This document shows, piece by piece, positions 49,390 to 59,347 of a stretch of DNA of 64,000 nt. How positions within the stretch are numbered: position 1 is the first letter of the stretch; every line of letters begins with the position of its first letter. Below the pieces are notes generated by a model that was not told the origin of the DNA, ran no database searches, and worked only from the letters and a program-made list of their open reading frames with translations. The position numbers were made by a program, and so were the translations under genes. Source of the DNA: Candidatus Cryptobacteroides sp. (lineage in GTDB: Bacteria; Bacteroidota; Bacteroidia; Bacteroidales; UBA932); contig JBGVNK010000031.1 in NCBI GenBank assembly GCA_045125535.1, positions 22,137-86,136 on the forward strand, read 5' to 3'.

Positions 49390-50132
49390 TGATACAAGGA
49401 AAGAATGCAATCGTAACAGGAGCACGTAGTGGAATAGGTTTCGCTACAGTGCAACTGTTTGCTCAAAATGGGTGCAATTGTTGGACTGTTGTGCATAGGG
49501 ATGACGAAGCTTTCTTGTCGGCTATAGCACAATGGGAGCAAGAATATAATGTATGGATCAAGCCAGTCCACATAGACCTTGGAGATAGCGACTCTATAAA
49601 GGCAGGAATGAAGCAGATTATGCAGGAGAAACTACCTATTGATATTCTTGTGAATGCAGCCGGTATTGTCAGTGAGAACAGATTATTCTCTATGACAAAG
49701 ATGGAGGATATTAGAAAAGTTATGGAAGTCAACTTCTTTAGTGTGCTCACGCTTTGCCAATTGACTGCCCGTGCAATGTTTAGACAGAGGAAAGGTTCTA
49801 TCGTGAATATATCAAGCATCTCAGCATGGGGTGAAGATACTTCGCAATTGGAGTATGCCGCAAGTAAATCTGCTTTAAATATTGTTACTAAAAAGATGGC
49901 TCGCGAGTTTGGCTCATCTGGTATTAGAGTGAATGCTGTTGCTCCAGGCCTTACTGGAACCAAAATGTTAGATGCTTTAGACAAAGATGCAGTAGAGGAT
50001 ATTTTGAAAGGAGTAGCATTAAAGCGATTCGCTGACCCCAATGAGATAGCAGAGGTTGTTTTATTCCTTGCTTCTGATCGTTCAAGCTATGTAAACGGCG
50101 AAGTTATAAAAGTCGATGGGGGGGGGGTATGA
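49389..50132 (+). CDS. SDR oxidoreductase (FabG-like)
   Basis: TGARSGIG, LVNAAG, YAASK, IRVNAVAPG, VDGG; ends in a G10 tract. Confidence 0.9.
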   Translation: MIQGKNAIVTGARSGIGFATVQLFAQNGCNCWTVVHRDDEAFLSAIAQWEQEYNVWIKPVHIDLGDSDSIKAGMKQIMQEKLPIDILVNAAGIVSENRLFSMTKMEDIRKVMEVNFFSVLTLCQLTARAMFRQRKGSIVNISSISAWGEDTSQLEYAASKSALNIVTKKMAREFGSSGIRVNAVAPGLTGTKMLDALDKDAVEDILKGVALKRFADPNEIAEVVLFLASDRSSYVNGEVIKVDGGGV

Positions 50133-50166
50133 CCTGCGTCTAATTGTTTCAAAATAAGAAAAATAT

Positions 50167-50964
50167 ATGAGTAATTTAGCAAAAACAATACGTTTGTCCG
50201 CATTGCAGATGGCTCTTAATTGTGGAAAGAATGGTTCTCATTTGGGAGCCGGACTTTCTGCCGTAGAGATTATGGCTGCATTGTATGGTGGAGTATTGAA
50301 ATATGATATAAACAATAAGGAGGATGAAAATCGTGACCGTCTTGTTGTAAGCAAAGGTCATTGCGTCCTCAGTTATTATTCCGCTCTTCGTCAGGCCGGT
50401 TTTCTTTCCGATGAGGATATCAAGAGTTTTGAAACTAACGGTTCTCATTTCCATGGTCACGCAATGCGTAACCTTGATAAGGGTATTGAGTTCTCTGGCG
50501 GTAGCCTCAGTATGGGGATGAGCTTTGCTGTAGGGCAGGCCTTGGCTTGTAAGAAGAAAGGTCTTTCGGGCAGAGTGTTCTCTATTGTAGGGGATGGCGA
50601 ATGTGACGAAGGCCTTATTTGGGAAGCTGCCATGAGTGCAGCCAACTATGGACTGAATAATTTCATCATGATTGTTGACCGCAACAAGTTACAGTATGAC
50701 GGTCCTACAACAGAAGTAATGAATCAGATTGATTTAGGCGATAAATTTCGTGCCTTTGGATTTGACGTGAGAGTTGTGGATGGTCACGATGTGGAGGCAT
50801 TGACCAAGGCTCTGAATGAGCCAAGTGATAAACCGATTTGTGTGATTGCAGATACCATCAAGGGTAAGGGGGTCAGCTTCATGGAAGGAGTAAAGACTTG
50901 GCACCATAGTACTCTCTCGCAGGAACAGTATGAACAAGCAGTTAAGGAGGTAACAAATGTTTGA
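50167..50964 (+). CDS. transketolase N-terminal (TPP-binding) subunit
   Basis: HLGAGLS, RDRLVVSKGH, GSLSMG, GDGECDEGLIWEA, TIKGKG..WH. Confidence 0.9.
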   Translation: MSNLAKTIRLSALQMALNCGKNGSHLGAGLSAVEIMAALYGGVLKYDINNKEDENRDRLVVSKGHCVLSYYSALRQAGFLSDEDIKSFETNGSHFHGHAMRNLDKGIEFSGGSLSMGMSFAVGQALACKKKGLSGRVFSIVGDGECDEGLIWEAAMSAANYGLNNFIMIVDRNKLQYDGPTTEVMNQIDLGDKFRAFGFDVRVVDGHDVEALTKALNEPSDKPICVIADTIKGKGVSFMEGVKTWHHSTLSQEQYEQAVKEVTNV

Positions 50965-51925
50965 GATTAATAGAATGACAGCCCGCACTTGTTCTATGTT
51001 GGGACAACGCGGAAGTATATTTGGACTTGCAGTATTGGATGCTGCCAAGGAAGACGATAAGTTCGTTCTCCTTACTGCTGACCTTGCAACACTTTCTGGA
51101 ATGGATCGTTATATCAAGACTTATCCGGACCAGTTTATCAATGTTGGTATTGCAGAACAGAATATGTTGGGCATCAGTGCAGGTATGGCTGCAGAGGGAT
51201 ACCATCCTGTGGTTACTACCTATGCCACTTTTGTCACTATGAGAAGTTGCGAGCAAATCCGTCATTATCTGGGTTACATGCAGCAGAAAGTGGTTGTGGT
51301 TGGCTCAGGAGCAGGTTTGAGCCAAGGATTTGCAGGCAATACCCACTATACCATTGAGGATATCTCGATGATGCGTGCTATCCCTAATCTTCAGATTATT
51401 TCTCCTGCAGATGGTGCATCAGCAGCAAAGCTGTTTCATGTTGCGTTGGCTTCGGAGAATCCTGTCTATATACGTCTTACCGGAAACCTGAACTGCCCGA
51501 TTGCTTATAAGGAGGATGCACCATTTACTTTAGGAGGCAGCAATGAACTGAGAAAGGGAAGTGATGTCACTATCTTTGCTTGTGGCACTATGGCAAGTAC
51601 TGCACTTACAGCTGCAAAGCAGCTGGCAGAGCAAGGAATAGAAACTTCTGTAGTGGATATGTATAGCATCAAGCCTTTGGATAAAGCTGCCATCAATGCA
51701 GCCAAAGGCAGCAAATTGATTGTAACTCTTGAGGAACATAGCAAGATGGGTGGCTTGGGTGCTGCTGTGGCTGAAGTCATGTGTGAAGATACAGGATTCC
51801 CTCGTCTTTTGAGATTGGGTATTGCTGATTTCTTCGATTTGGCTTGTGACTATGATGGTCTCTTGCGTCAGAACAGACTTACAGCTCCTCAGATTGCAGA
51901 GGATATATTGAACGCCTTGAAGTAA
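50957..51925 (+). CDS. transketolase C-terminal subunit
   Basis: LTADL, NVGIAEQNM, G.THYTIED, P.YIRL, IKPLD, EEHS..GGLG. Confidence 0.9.
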   Translation: MFEINRMTARTCSMLGQRGSIFGLAVLDAAKEDDKFVLLTADLATLSGMDRYIKTYPDQFINVGIAEQNMLGISAGMAAEGYHPVVTTYATFVTMRSCEQIRHYLGYMQQKVVVVGSGAGLSQGFAGNTHYTIEDISMMRAIPNLQIISPADGASAAKLFHVALASENPVYIRLTGNLNCPIAYKEDAPFTLGGSNELRKGSDVTIFACGTMASTALTAAKQLAEQGIETSVVDMYSIKPLDKAAINAAKGSKLIVTLEEHSKMGGLGAAVAEVMCEDTGFPRLLRLGIADFFDLACDYDGLLRQNRLTAPQIAEDILNALK

Positions 51926-51927
51926 GA

Positions 51928-52641
51928 ATGACACTTCTTGAGTTAAAGGCAGAAAACCATACGTATAGACTCTACAGGAGCGTATATCCTCCTGTAGAAT
52001 CTAATATGTATGTTTTGATAGAGGGGAAGGAAGCAGTTGTTATCGATTCTAATATCTCGGAAGATGTGTTGGGCGTAATGAAGGAACGGAAAGTAGAGAC
52101 TGTCCATTTATTTCTGACTCACGAACATTATGACCATTCTCATGGAGTGTGGTGGGTACAGGAAAATTTCAAGACCTTATTATATTGTCATAAAGGTTGC
52201 GAAGGACAACTTTCTACGAAAAAGAAAAGTACTCCAAGATTGGTTGCTTTTGTCCTTGCCGAGAAAGATAAGATCAACGGAACCAATCAATATGAAGAAT
52301 TCAAGAAAAGCATTCGTGAATATTCTTTAGAGCCGGATGTGTTCTTGGATGACAGCCAAACCATCTGTATCGCCGGTCACCATATAACGGCTTACCATAC
52401 CCCAGGACATTCTCCAGGGAGTTGTATATACGTTGTAGATGAAGAGATTGTGTTCTCGGGTGACTGCATGATAGATGGCAGAAAAATCATAACGGCTTTC
52501 AAAGGTGGAAATGCAGAAGAGATGCAATCTTATACCTTGCCTAAGCTGAAGTCTCTCGCAGATGACCTATGGATTTTACCTGGGCACGGAGAACCATTTA
52601 AGAAGAAAGATTTTAAATTCGAGATATATAATAATGTTTGA
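51928..52641 (+). CDS. MBL-fold hydrolase (glyoxalase II-like)
   Basis: LTHEHYDHS (HxHxDH), HTPGHSPG, FSGD, PGHG. Confidence 0.88.
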   Translation: MTLLELKAENHTYRLYRSVYPPVESNMYVLIEGKEAVVIDSNISEDVLGVMKERKVETVHLFLTHEHYDHSHGVWWVQENFKTLLYCHKGCEGQLSTKKKSTPRLVAFVLAEKDKINGTNQYEEFKKSIREYSLEPDVFLDDSQTICIAGHHITAYHTPGHSPGSCIYVVDEEIVFSGDCMIDGRKIITAFKGGNAEEMQSYTLPKLKSLADDLWILPGHGEPFKKKDFKFEIYNNV

Positions 52642-54046
52642 TTTACTAAAGTATAGTAACAATACAGCTATCATAACCGACAGGGGTGAATCTCTGTCTT
52701 ACGAAGCATTGAATACTGAGGTGGAGAAGTTTTATGCTGCTCTACCATTGAAGGGCTTCATGTTTATTCTATGCGAAAATGTATTGGGGGCTTTTGTTGG
52801 TTATACTGCATGTATGACCAAGCACGTTCCTTCAGTATTGATGGACGGTAGCAAGGATTTGGAACTGGTACTCCGTCTGATAGATATCTATCATCCAGAA
52901 TATTTATGGATGCCGAGCAGACGTGTAGAAGAAATAGGTGGAAAGACCATCTATCAGTATGGCGATTTCTCGCTCCAGTTGATGGAGTATGCCGAGGAGT
53001 TTACACCAGAGCAGAAAGCAATCAGTGATGATCTCTTGCTTTGCTTGACTACCTCAGGTAGTACTGGTTCACCTAAGTTGGTGCGTCTGTCACAGAAGAA
53101 CCTTAAGAGCAATGCAGAGTCAATATCGGAATACCTGCATATTGACGAGAATGAGCGTCCGGTGACTACCTTGCCTATGTACTATAGCTTTGGTATGTCG
53201 GTTATCAATAGCCACCTCATCAAGGGTGCAACTATCCTGTTGACTGATAAGGCCGTGCTCCAGCGAGAGTTTTGGAACTTCACCAAGGAGCAGAGAGCTA
53301 CTTCCATTGCTGGCGTACCATATACCTACGAGATGCTGAAACGTCTTCGTTTCTTCCGTATGGACTTGCCTGATCTCAAGACCATGATTCAGGCTGGGGG
53401 TAAACTGAATGCAGCCTTTGTGAAGGAGTATGTTGACTTTGCAGAAGCTAGTGGCAAGCAGTTTATCGTGATGTATGGTCAGACTGAGGCCGCTCCTCGT
53501 ATGAGCTACCTTCCACACGACAAGGCCGTTGAGAAGAATGCTTCCATCGGTATTGCTATACCGGGTGGTGAGTTCTCTATTATCGATGCGGATGGCAATG
53601 AGATTACCACTCCAGATGTGGATGGTGAGTTGGTGTACAAGGGGGCTAACGTCTGCCTGGGTTATGCCGAGAAACGTGAAGATCTGCAGTTGGGTGACGA
53701 CAATCAGGGCGTTCTGCATACAGGTGACATTGCCCGTGTGGATGCAGACGGATTCTACTACATCACAGGCCGTATGAAGCGCTTTGTGAAGGTGTGGGGA
53801 AACCGTTGTAACCTGGATGCCACTGAGCAGCTGGTGAAGGCCATTACTGCCAATTGTGCATGTGTGGGAGTAGATGACCTGATTACTATCTTTGTGACTG
53901 AAGAGGGCTTGGAGGAGTCCATCAAGAACCTCTTGGTGGAGAAGACCGGATTTAACCCTCGTGCTTTCCAAGTGAAGGTGATTGCTGAAATTCCAAAGTT
54001 TGAGTCTGGCAAACTGAACTATCCTGCCTTGCATAAAATGATATAA
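52634..54046 (+). CDS. AMP-dependent acyl ligase (ANL superfamily)
   Basis: TTSGSTGSPK, MYGQTEA, TGD, ITGR.KRFVK. Start at ATG 52634. Confidence 0.9.
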   Translation: MFDLLKYSNNTAIITDRGESLSYEALNTEVEKFYAALPLKGFMFILCENVLGAFVGYTACMTKHVPSVLMDGSKDLELVLRLIDIYHPEYLWMPSRRVEEIGGKTIYQYGDFSLQLMEYAEEFTPEQKAISDDLLLCLTTSGSTGSPKLVRLSQKNLKSNAESISEYLHIDENERPVTTLPMYYSFGMSVINSHLIKGATILLTDKAVLQREFWNFTKEQRATSIAGVPYTYEMLKRLRFFRMDLPDLKTMIQAGGKLNAAFVKEYVDFAEASGKQFIVMYGQTEAAPRMSYLPHDKAVEKNASIGIAIPGGEFSIIDADGNEITTPDVDGELVYKGANVCLGYAEKREDLQLGDDNQGVLHTGDIARVDADGFYYITGRMKRFVKVWGNRCNLDATEQLVKAITANCACVGVDDLITIFVTEEGLEESIKNLLVEKTGFNPRAFQVKVIAEIPKFESGKLNYPALHKMI

Positions 54047-54050
54047 GATT

Positions 54051-55136
54051 ATGGATATAAATGAATTACTTGAAATAGCTCCTTACTCGTTGAGCAAAGA
54101 GCAAAAGCACGCACTGCTTAATGAGCGTTTGCACGAACTTACACGCAAACATTATGAGCACTGCGAACCTTACCGAAAGATGATGGATGCTATGGGGCTG
54201 GATATGAATAATCTTCCGGATTATGAGAAACTTCCGTTCCTTCCTGTGCGTCTGTTCAAAGAGTTTGAATTGCGTTCGGTTCCTAAAGAAGAAGTGGTGA
54301 AGACCATGACTTCTTCTGGTACTACCGGTCAGCAGGTAAGCCGCATCTTTTTGGATAGAGAGACATCTTCTGCACAGCAGAAGTGCCTGACCAAGATTGT
54401 GAGCCACTTCATTGGTACTAAACGTGTGCCTATGTTGATTCTGGACTCTTCGGCAGTAGTGAAGAACCGCAATATGTTTTCGGCTCGTGGTGCCGGTATC
54501 TTGGGATTCTCTATGTTCGGTAGCAAGCGTCAGTATGCTTTGGATGAGAATATGGGGTTGGATATTGAGGGCATGAAACAGTTTCTGGAAGAGCACAAGG
54601 ACGAGACTATCTTCATGTTCGGTTTCACCTTTATGGTGTGGCAGCACTTCTACAAGAAGCTTATTGAGACAGGTTATAAACCAGATCTTTCTAAGGGCGT
54701 GCTCATCCATGGTGGCGGTTGGAAGAAACTGGTCAATGAGAAGGTATCTCCAGAAGAGTACAAGAAATGTCTTAATGATGCTTGTGGCATCCTTCCGGAG
54801 AACGTGCACGACTACTATGGTATGGTAGAGCAGACGGGTTGTGTCTATATGGAGTGCAGGTGTGGCCATCTTCATGCTTCTGCATTCAGTGATGTGCTTA
54901 TCCGCAGACCTTATGATTTCTCACTTGCAGAGGTGGGTGAGAAGGGACTCATTGAGGTGGTGAGTGTGCTTCCGGGAAGTTACCCTGGTCATGTGCTTCT
55001 CACCGAAGATGAAGGTGTGATTCTGGGTGAAGATGATTGCCCTTGCGGAATGCCGGGAAAGTATTTCAAGATTGAAGGTCGAATTAAAAATGCGGAAATC
55101 CGCGGATGTAGTGATACCTATGCAGCCAAGTTCTAA
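54051..55136 (+). CDS. LuxE-like acyl-protein synthetase
   Basis: LPFLPVRLFK, TSSGTTG, FGFTFMVW, HGGGWK, DYYGMVEQ, SYPGH.LLTED, GR...AE.RGC. Confidence 0.88.
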   Translation: MDINELLEIAPYSLSKEQKHALLNERLHELTRKHYEHCEPYRKMMDAMGLDMNNLPDYEKLPFLPVRLFKEFELRSVPKEEVVKTMTSSGTTGQQVSRIFLDRETSSAQQKCLTKIVSHFIGTKRVPMLILDSSAVVKNRNMFSARGAGILGFSMFGSKRQYALDENMGLDIEGMKQFLEEHKDETIFMFGFTFMVWQHFYKKLIETGYKPDLSKGVLIHGGGWKKLVNEKVSPEEYKKCLNDACGILPENVHDYYGMVEQTGCVYMECRCGHLHASAFSDVLIRRPYDFSLAEVGEKGLIEVVSVLPGSYPGHVLLTEDEGVILGEDDCPCGMPGKYFKIEGRIKNAEIRGCSDTYAAKF

Positions 55137-56328
55137 CTATACTTTGCTTTACCCTCGTCAGATTGAGTGGGAAAGTTATGTTCAGCAAAGACCTGATGTG
55201 CCGTTTGCTGATAATGTCATAGAGTTCCTGAATGCGTTGAGTGGCGCGCTTCTGAAGGACAGAATGAGTCGTCTCTATCCGGATGCCATCACCTTTGCAT
55301 TCTTCTGTAGAAAGGCCAACCTCTTGGCTCTGAAAGAAAAATACACATCAGCCGATGCATTGAGAATGGGTAGAGGTATTCTCTTCCATATTGCACCAAG
55401 TAATGTACCTATTAACTTCGGTTACTCGTTGGTAGCCGGTTTGTTGGCTGGTAACAACAATATTGTACGTGTCAGTAGCAAGCAGTTCCCACAGGTGGAT
55501 TTGATTATCAAGCACCTGCACGAATTGATGGAGGGTGGCCAGCATGATGAAGTGGCAAGACGTATTGCCTTGGTCCGTTACGACCGTACTTCGGATGCCA
55601 GTGCATTCTTCTCGTCTATCTGCAATGTTCGTGTTATCTGGGGTGGAGATGATACCATTCAGACTATCCGTCAGAATGCGATTTCAGCTCGTTCTTTCGA
55701 TGTATGCTTTGCAGACCGTTATTCGATTGCTGCCATCCATCCGGATGCAATCATGGCTGCTGATGATGCAGAAATCAAGAAACTGGCTGAAGCGTTCTAT
55801 AACGATACTTATCTCTTCGATCAGAATGCATGTTCTGCACCTCATACCATATTCTGGTTGAAGTCAGACAACTTGGATGCTGCCAAGAACCGTTTTTGGA
55901 CAGCTGTCCATGAGCATACTTCCAAGAAATATGAACTTCAGGCCGTTATGTCTGTAGATAAGTTGACTGCATTCTATCGTCAGGCTGCTTGTATGGATGT
56001 CAGAAAGCAGGAGATGCCGGATAATGTGGTGATGCGTTCTGAACTTTCTGAGTTGCCGAAGAACATTGAGGACTTCCGTTGTGCGTGCGGTTATTTCTCG
56101 GAATATACTGTAGGTTCATTGGATGAGATTGCACCTATCGTATCCATCAAGTACCAGAGCCTTGGACACTTCGGCTTCTCTCACGAGGAACTGGTGGATT
56201 TTGTGATCCGCAACCGTTTCCAGGGACTAGACCGTATCGTCCCAATAGGTGAAACTACAGCATTCTCGCTTACTTGGGACGGTTATAATTTGATAGAGAT
56301 GTTTAGTAGAATTCCGAGTGTGTTGTAA
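55120..56328 (+). CDS. LuxC-like acyl-CoA reductase
   Basis: GRGILFHIAPSNVP, WGGD, FADRYS, FDQNACSAP, DRIVPIG..WDG. Start at ATG 55120. Confidence 0.88.
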   Translation: MQPSSNYTLLYPRQIEWESYVQQRPDVPFADNVIEFLNALSGALLKDRMSRLYPDAITFAFFCRKANLLALKEKYTSADALRMGRGILFHIAPSNVPINFGYSLVAGLLAGNNNIVRVSSKQFPQVDLIIKHLHELMEGGQHDEVARRIALVRYDRTSDASAFFSSICNVRVIWGGDDTIQTIRQNAISARSFDVCFADRYSIAAIHPDAIMAADDAEIKKLAEAFYNDTYLFDQNACSAPHTIFWLKSDNLDAAKNRFWTAVHEHTSKKYELQAVMSVDKLTAFYRQAACMDVRKQEMPDNVVMRSELSELPKNIEDFRCACGYFSEYTVGSLDEIAPIVSIKYQSLGHFGFSHEELVDFVIRNRFQGLDRIVPIGETTAFSLTWDGYNLIEMFSRIPSVL

Positions 56329-56331
56329 AAG

Positions 56332-57441
56332 ATGATCAGTAGACTACTTCTTTATGACTTATTAAGGTCAGTAATCAATGACGTTAACTTTCAAGGGAAT
56401 ATTAAGCAAGTTGATTTGGGAGGTTTGTATCCTTTGTCTCAAACACAAGGGGTGTTAGGAATCGCTTTTCAAGGTTTACGTAAGGCTATGCAGGAGCAAG
56501 GAATAGATAAGACGCAACTTGGTGATTCTAGTAAGATGTTTAATAAGTGGTTTGCATCAACTGCCAGCATAATATTACATCACGATAAAATCCTTCTACT
56601 GCAAAATAAACTATCAGTATGTCTGCAAGAGGTTGGAATACGAGCTGTTATTCTAAAAGGACTCTCTATTTCGGTTTATTACGATGATAATAATTTGAGG
56701 TGTTTTGGTGATTTGGATATATTTTCTCCAACAGATTTTCAGCGTATAGACGACATTTTGAAGCCAATCTCAACTTATTTCAGTATAGACTATTATCGTC
56801 ATTCGGAGTGTAAGGTGGATGGCGTGATGGTGGAGAATCATAGATATTTGACAGATGTGAGAGGGCAATCTCGTTTCTATAAGTTGGAAAACTTCTTGCA
56901 TCATGAAGCTTCTTCAATTTTAGCCGTAGCACCTACTGGAGGACTATATTATCCTAATGAGTGCTTTACATTTGTCTTTTTTGTGTATCACGCATTAAGC
57001 CATTTCTTATATGAGAAGTTATCATTAAAATTTCTGGTTGATTGGTGTTTGATGCTTAAAGGACGTAAAGAAATTTCGTTGGATGTTTTGGATGAGAAAT
57101 TAAAGGAGTTCGGTTTGATGCGTTTCGCTGCTGCGATGACAGCTCTATGCGTGGAAAAGTTAGGATTGCAAGAGGATTATGTACCAAAGGATCTTTTGGT
57201 TGAAGTTAAGGCATTAAATCCTGCCTTGATAGAGAAGTTTGAGGAAGACATATTTGAAGATGATTATGAAAAATTTTCTACAAATTCGCTAAAGGACAGG
57301 ATTGTTCGTGGAAAGGAGTTTTATAAAAAACGTTGGAAGATAATGTGGTTTCTTAATACTTCAACTACAGCATTTCTTTGGGAAAAGATGGAGGCCTTGA
57401 TTAAACAGAACTTGGATTTGAGAGGAACATTCCATAGTTAG
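56332..57441 (+). CDS. nucleotidyltransferase-family protein (NTP_transf_5-like)
   Basis: ILKG.....YY....R.FGDLDI, VENH, H...HF...LKFLVDW. Confidence 0.75.
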   Translation: MISRLLLYDLLRSVINDVNFQGNIKQVDLGGLYPLSQTQGVLGIAFQGLRKAMQEQGIDKTQLGDSSKMFNKWFASTASIILHHDKILLLQNKLSVCLQEVGIRAVILKGLSISVYYDDNNLRCFGDLDIFSPTDFQRIDDILKPISTYFSIDYYRHSECKVDGVMVENHRYLTDVRGQSRFYKLENFLHHEASSILAVAPTGGLYYPNECFTFVFFVYHALSHFLYEKLSLKFLVDWCLMLKGRKEISLDVLDEKLKEFGLMRFAAAMTALCVEKLGLQEDYVPKDLLVEVKALNPALIEKFEEDIFEDDYEKFSTNSLKDRIVRGKEFYKKRWKIMWFLNTSTTAFLWEKMEALIKQNLDLRGTFHS

Positions 57442-57477
57442 ATGTTAAGATAATTGAAGATTAAAATTATATTAAAG

Positions 57478-58692
57478 ATGAACACTAAATTAAGAAATAT
57501 CCCATTCAGCCCCCCAGATATGTCTGAGGCTGAGGTTTTGGAAGTTGCTGAGGCACTTCGTTCTGGTTGGATTACTACTGGCCCAAAGACAAAGGAGTTT
57601 GAGAGGCAGATTGCTGCGTATTGTGGCACGGATAAGGCTGTGTGTTTGAATTCTGCTACTGCATGTATGGAGATGATTCTTCATGTGCTGGGTGTTGGTC
57701 CTGGTGATGAGGTGATAACTTGTGCTTATACATACACTGCAACAGCGAGTGTGACTTGTCATGTCGGTGCTAAGGTGGTGATGGTTGATACTGTGCCGGG
57801 CTCTTTTGAGATGGATTACTCTAAGCTTGCGGATGCAATTACTGAGAGGACTAAAGTGATTATTCCGGTGGATCTTGCAGGTATTGTATGCGATTATTCA
57901 AAGGTGTTTGCAGCAGTTGAGGTTAAGAAGCATTTGTTTAAGCCGGCTAATGATATTCAGAAGGCGTTTGGTCGTGTTGTAGTTCTTGCGGATGCAGCCC
58001 ATGCATTTGGTGCGCAGCAGAATGGTAAGATGTGTGGTAATATTGCCGACTTTACTTCATTCTCATTCCATGCGGTCAAGAATTTGACTACTGCTGAGGG
58101 TGGTGCTCTTACCTGGAAGCCTATTCCTGGAATTGATGATGAGTGGATTTACAAGCAGTTCCAGTTGCTTTCATTGCATGGTCAGAATAAGGATGCGCTT
58201 GCTAAGACTCAGTTAGGCGCTTGGGAGTATGATATTGTGGCTCCTAACTACAAGTGCAATATGACAGATGTGATGGCGGGTATCGGTTTGGCTCAGTTCA
58301 AGCGTTATCCTCAGATGCTTTCTCGCCGTCGTGAAATCATTGAGAAGTATAATGCTGGTCTGTCGGGATGCAATGTTGAGGTATTGGATCATTATGGTGA
58401 TGATCATGCTTCAAGCGGTCACTTGTATCTTGTGCGTCTGCTTGGTAAGAGCGTTGAGGAGAGGAATGCTGTGATTACAAAGATGGCTGAGCGTGGTATT
58501 GCTTGTAATGTGCATTATAAGCCGCTTCCTATGATGACTGCATATAAGAATCTTGGATTTGATATTGTAGATTATCCTAATGCATATGCTCAGTATGAGA
58601 ATGAGGTGACATTGCCTTTGCATACTCGTTTGACTGATGAAGATGTGGAGTATGTGATCTCAAACTTTGTTGATATAATTAAGAGTCTTTGA
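57478..58692 (+). CDS. DegT-family sugar aminotransferase
   Basis: IPFSPPD, SGWITTGPK, NSATA, DAAHAFG, SFHAVKNLTTAEGG, YKCNMTD. Confidence 0.92.
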   Translation: MNTKLRNIPFSPPDMSEAEVLEVAEALRSGWITTGPKTKEFERQIAAYCGTDKAVCLNSATACMEMILHVLGVGPGDEVITCAYTYTATASVTCHVGAKVVMVDTVPGSFEMDYSKLADAITERTKVIIPVDLAGIVCDYSKVFAAVEVKKHLFKPANDIQKAFGRVVVLADAAHAFGAQQNGKMCGNIADFTSFSFHAVKNLTTAEGGALTWKPIPGIDDEWIYKQFQLLSLHGQNKDALAKTQLGAWEYDIVAPNYKCNMTDVMAGIGLAQFKRYPQMLSRRREIIEKYNAGLSGCNVEVLDHYGDDHASSGHLYLVRLLGKSVEERNAVITKMAERGIACNVHYKPLPMMTAYKNLGFDIVDYPNAYAQYENEVTLPLHTRLTDEDVEYVISNFVDIIKSL

Positions 58693-58710
58693 TTAGTTGT
58701 CTGACTTATT

Positions 58711-59301
58711 ATGAAAAGACTGTTTGATATTGTAGCATCGGGTTGTGGACTATTGGTTCTCAGTCCTGTGCTGATTTTGGTGGCAATTTGGATTAAACTG
58801 GATTCTCCTGGTCCAGTGTTTTACCGTCAGGTGCGTGTGGGACGCTATAATAAAGATTTTAAGATCTTTAAGTTTCGTTCTATGAGAGTAGGTGCTGACA
58901 AGGGTAGTCTTGTGACTATTGGTGGCCGCGATCCTCGTGTTACTCGTTCCGGTTATTATATCCGCAAGTTTAAGATTGATGAACTCCCTCAGTTGATTAA
59001 CGTGTTTGTGGGTGATATGTCACTTGTTGGTCCTCGCCCAGAGGTTCGCCATTATGTGAACTACTGGACTCCGGAGCAGATGCATGTTCTGGATGTTCGT
59101 CCTGGTATTACAGATCCTGCTTCTATTAAGTTCAGGAATGAGAATGAGCTGATGGAGGAGGCAGATGATCCGGAGAAGTACTACATTGAAGTGATCATGC
59201 AGGAGAAGATTCGCTTGTATTTGGAGTATGTGCAGAATGCTTCGTTCTGGTATGATATCAAGCTAATTTTCTTGACTTTTGGGACGATAGTTAGCAGGTA
59301 A
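58711..59301 (+). CDS. initiating sugar-phosphate transferase (bacterial sugar transferase family)
   Basis: KRLFDI, FYRQ.RVG, KFRSM, D.RVTR.G, DELPQL.NV..GDMSLVGPRP, RPGIT. Confidence 0.93.
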   Translation: MKRLFDIVASGCGLLVLSPVLILVAIWIKLDSPGPVFYRQVRVGRYNKDFKIFKFRSMRVGADKGSLVTIGGRDPRVTRSGYYIRKFKIDELPQLINVFVGDMSLVGPRPEVRHYVNYWTPEQMHVLDVRPGITDPASIKFRNENELMEEADDPEKYYIEVIMQEKIRLYLEYVQNASFWYDIKLIFLTFGTIVSR

Positions 59302-59347
59302 TATAGAATTTCGGTATCATTAAGTTGAAAATAAGTTGTATGATATC

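Noticed and set aside
53120-54875. Long antisense ORFs (304 and 269 aa) and similar shadow ORFs opposite PFOR, secA, pdxA and the M16 peptidase
   Set aside because: Mirror frames of well-supported genes, explained by codon bias; no motifs.
54051-56328. Bioluminescence (lux) operon
   Set aside because: No luxA, luxB or luxD; LuxE/LuxC homologs here sit in an acyl-modification context.
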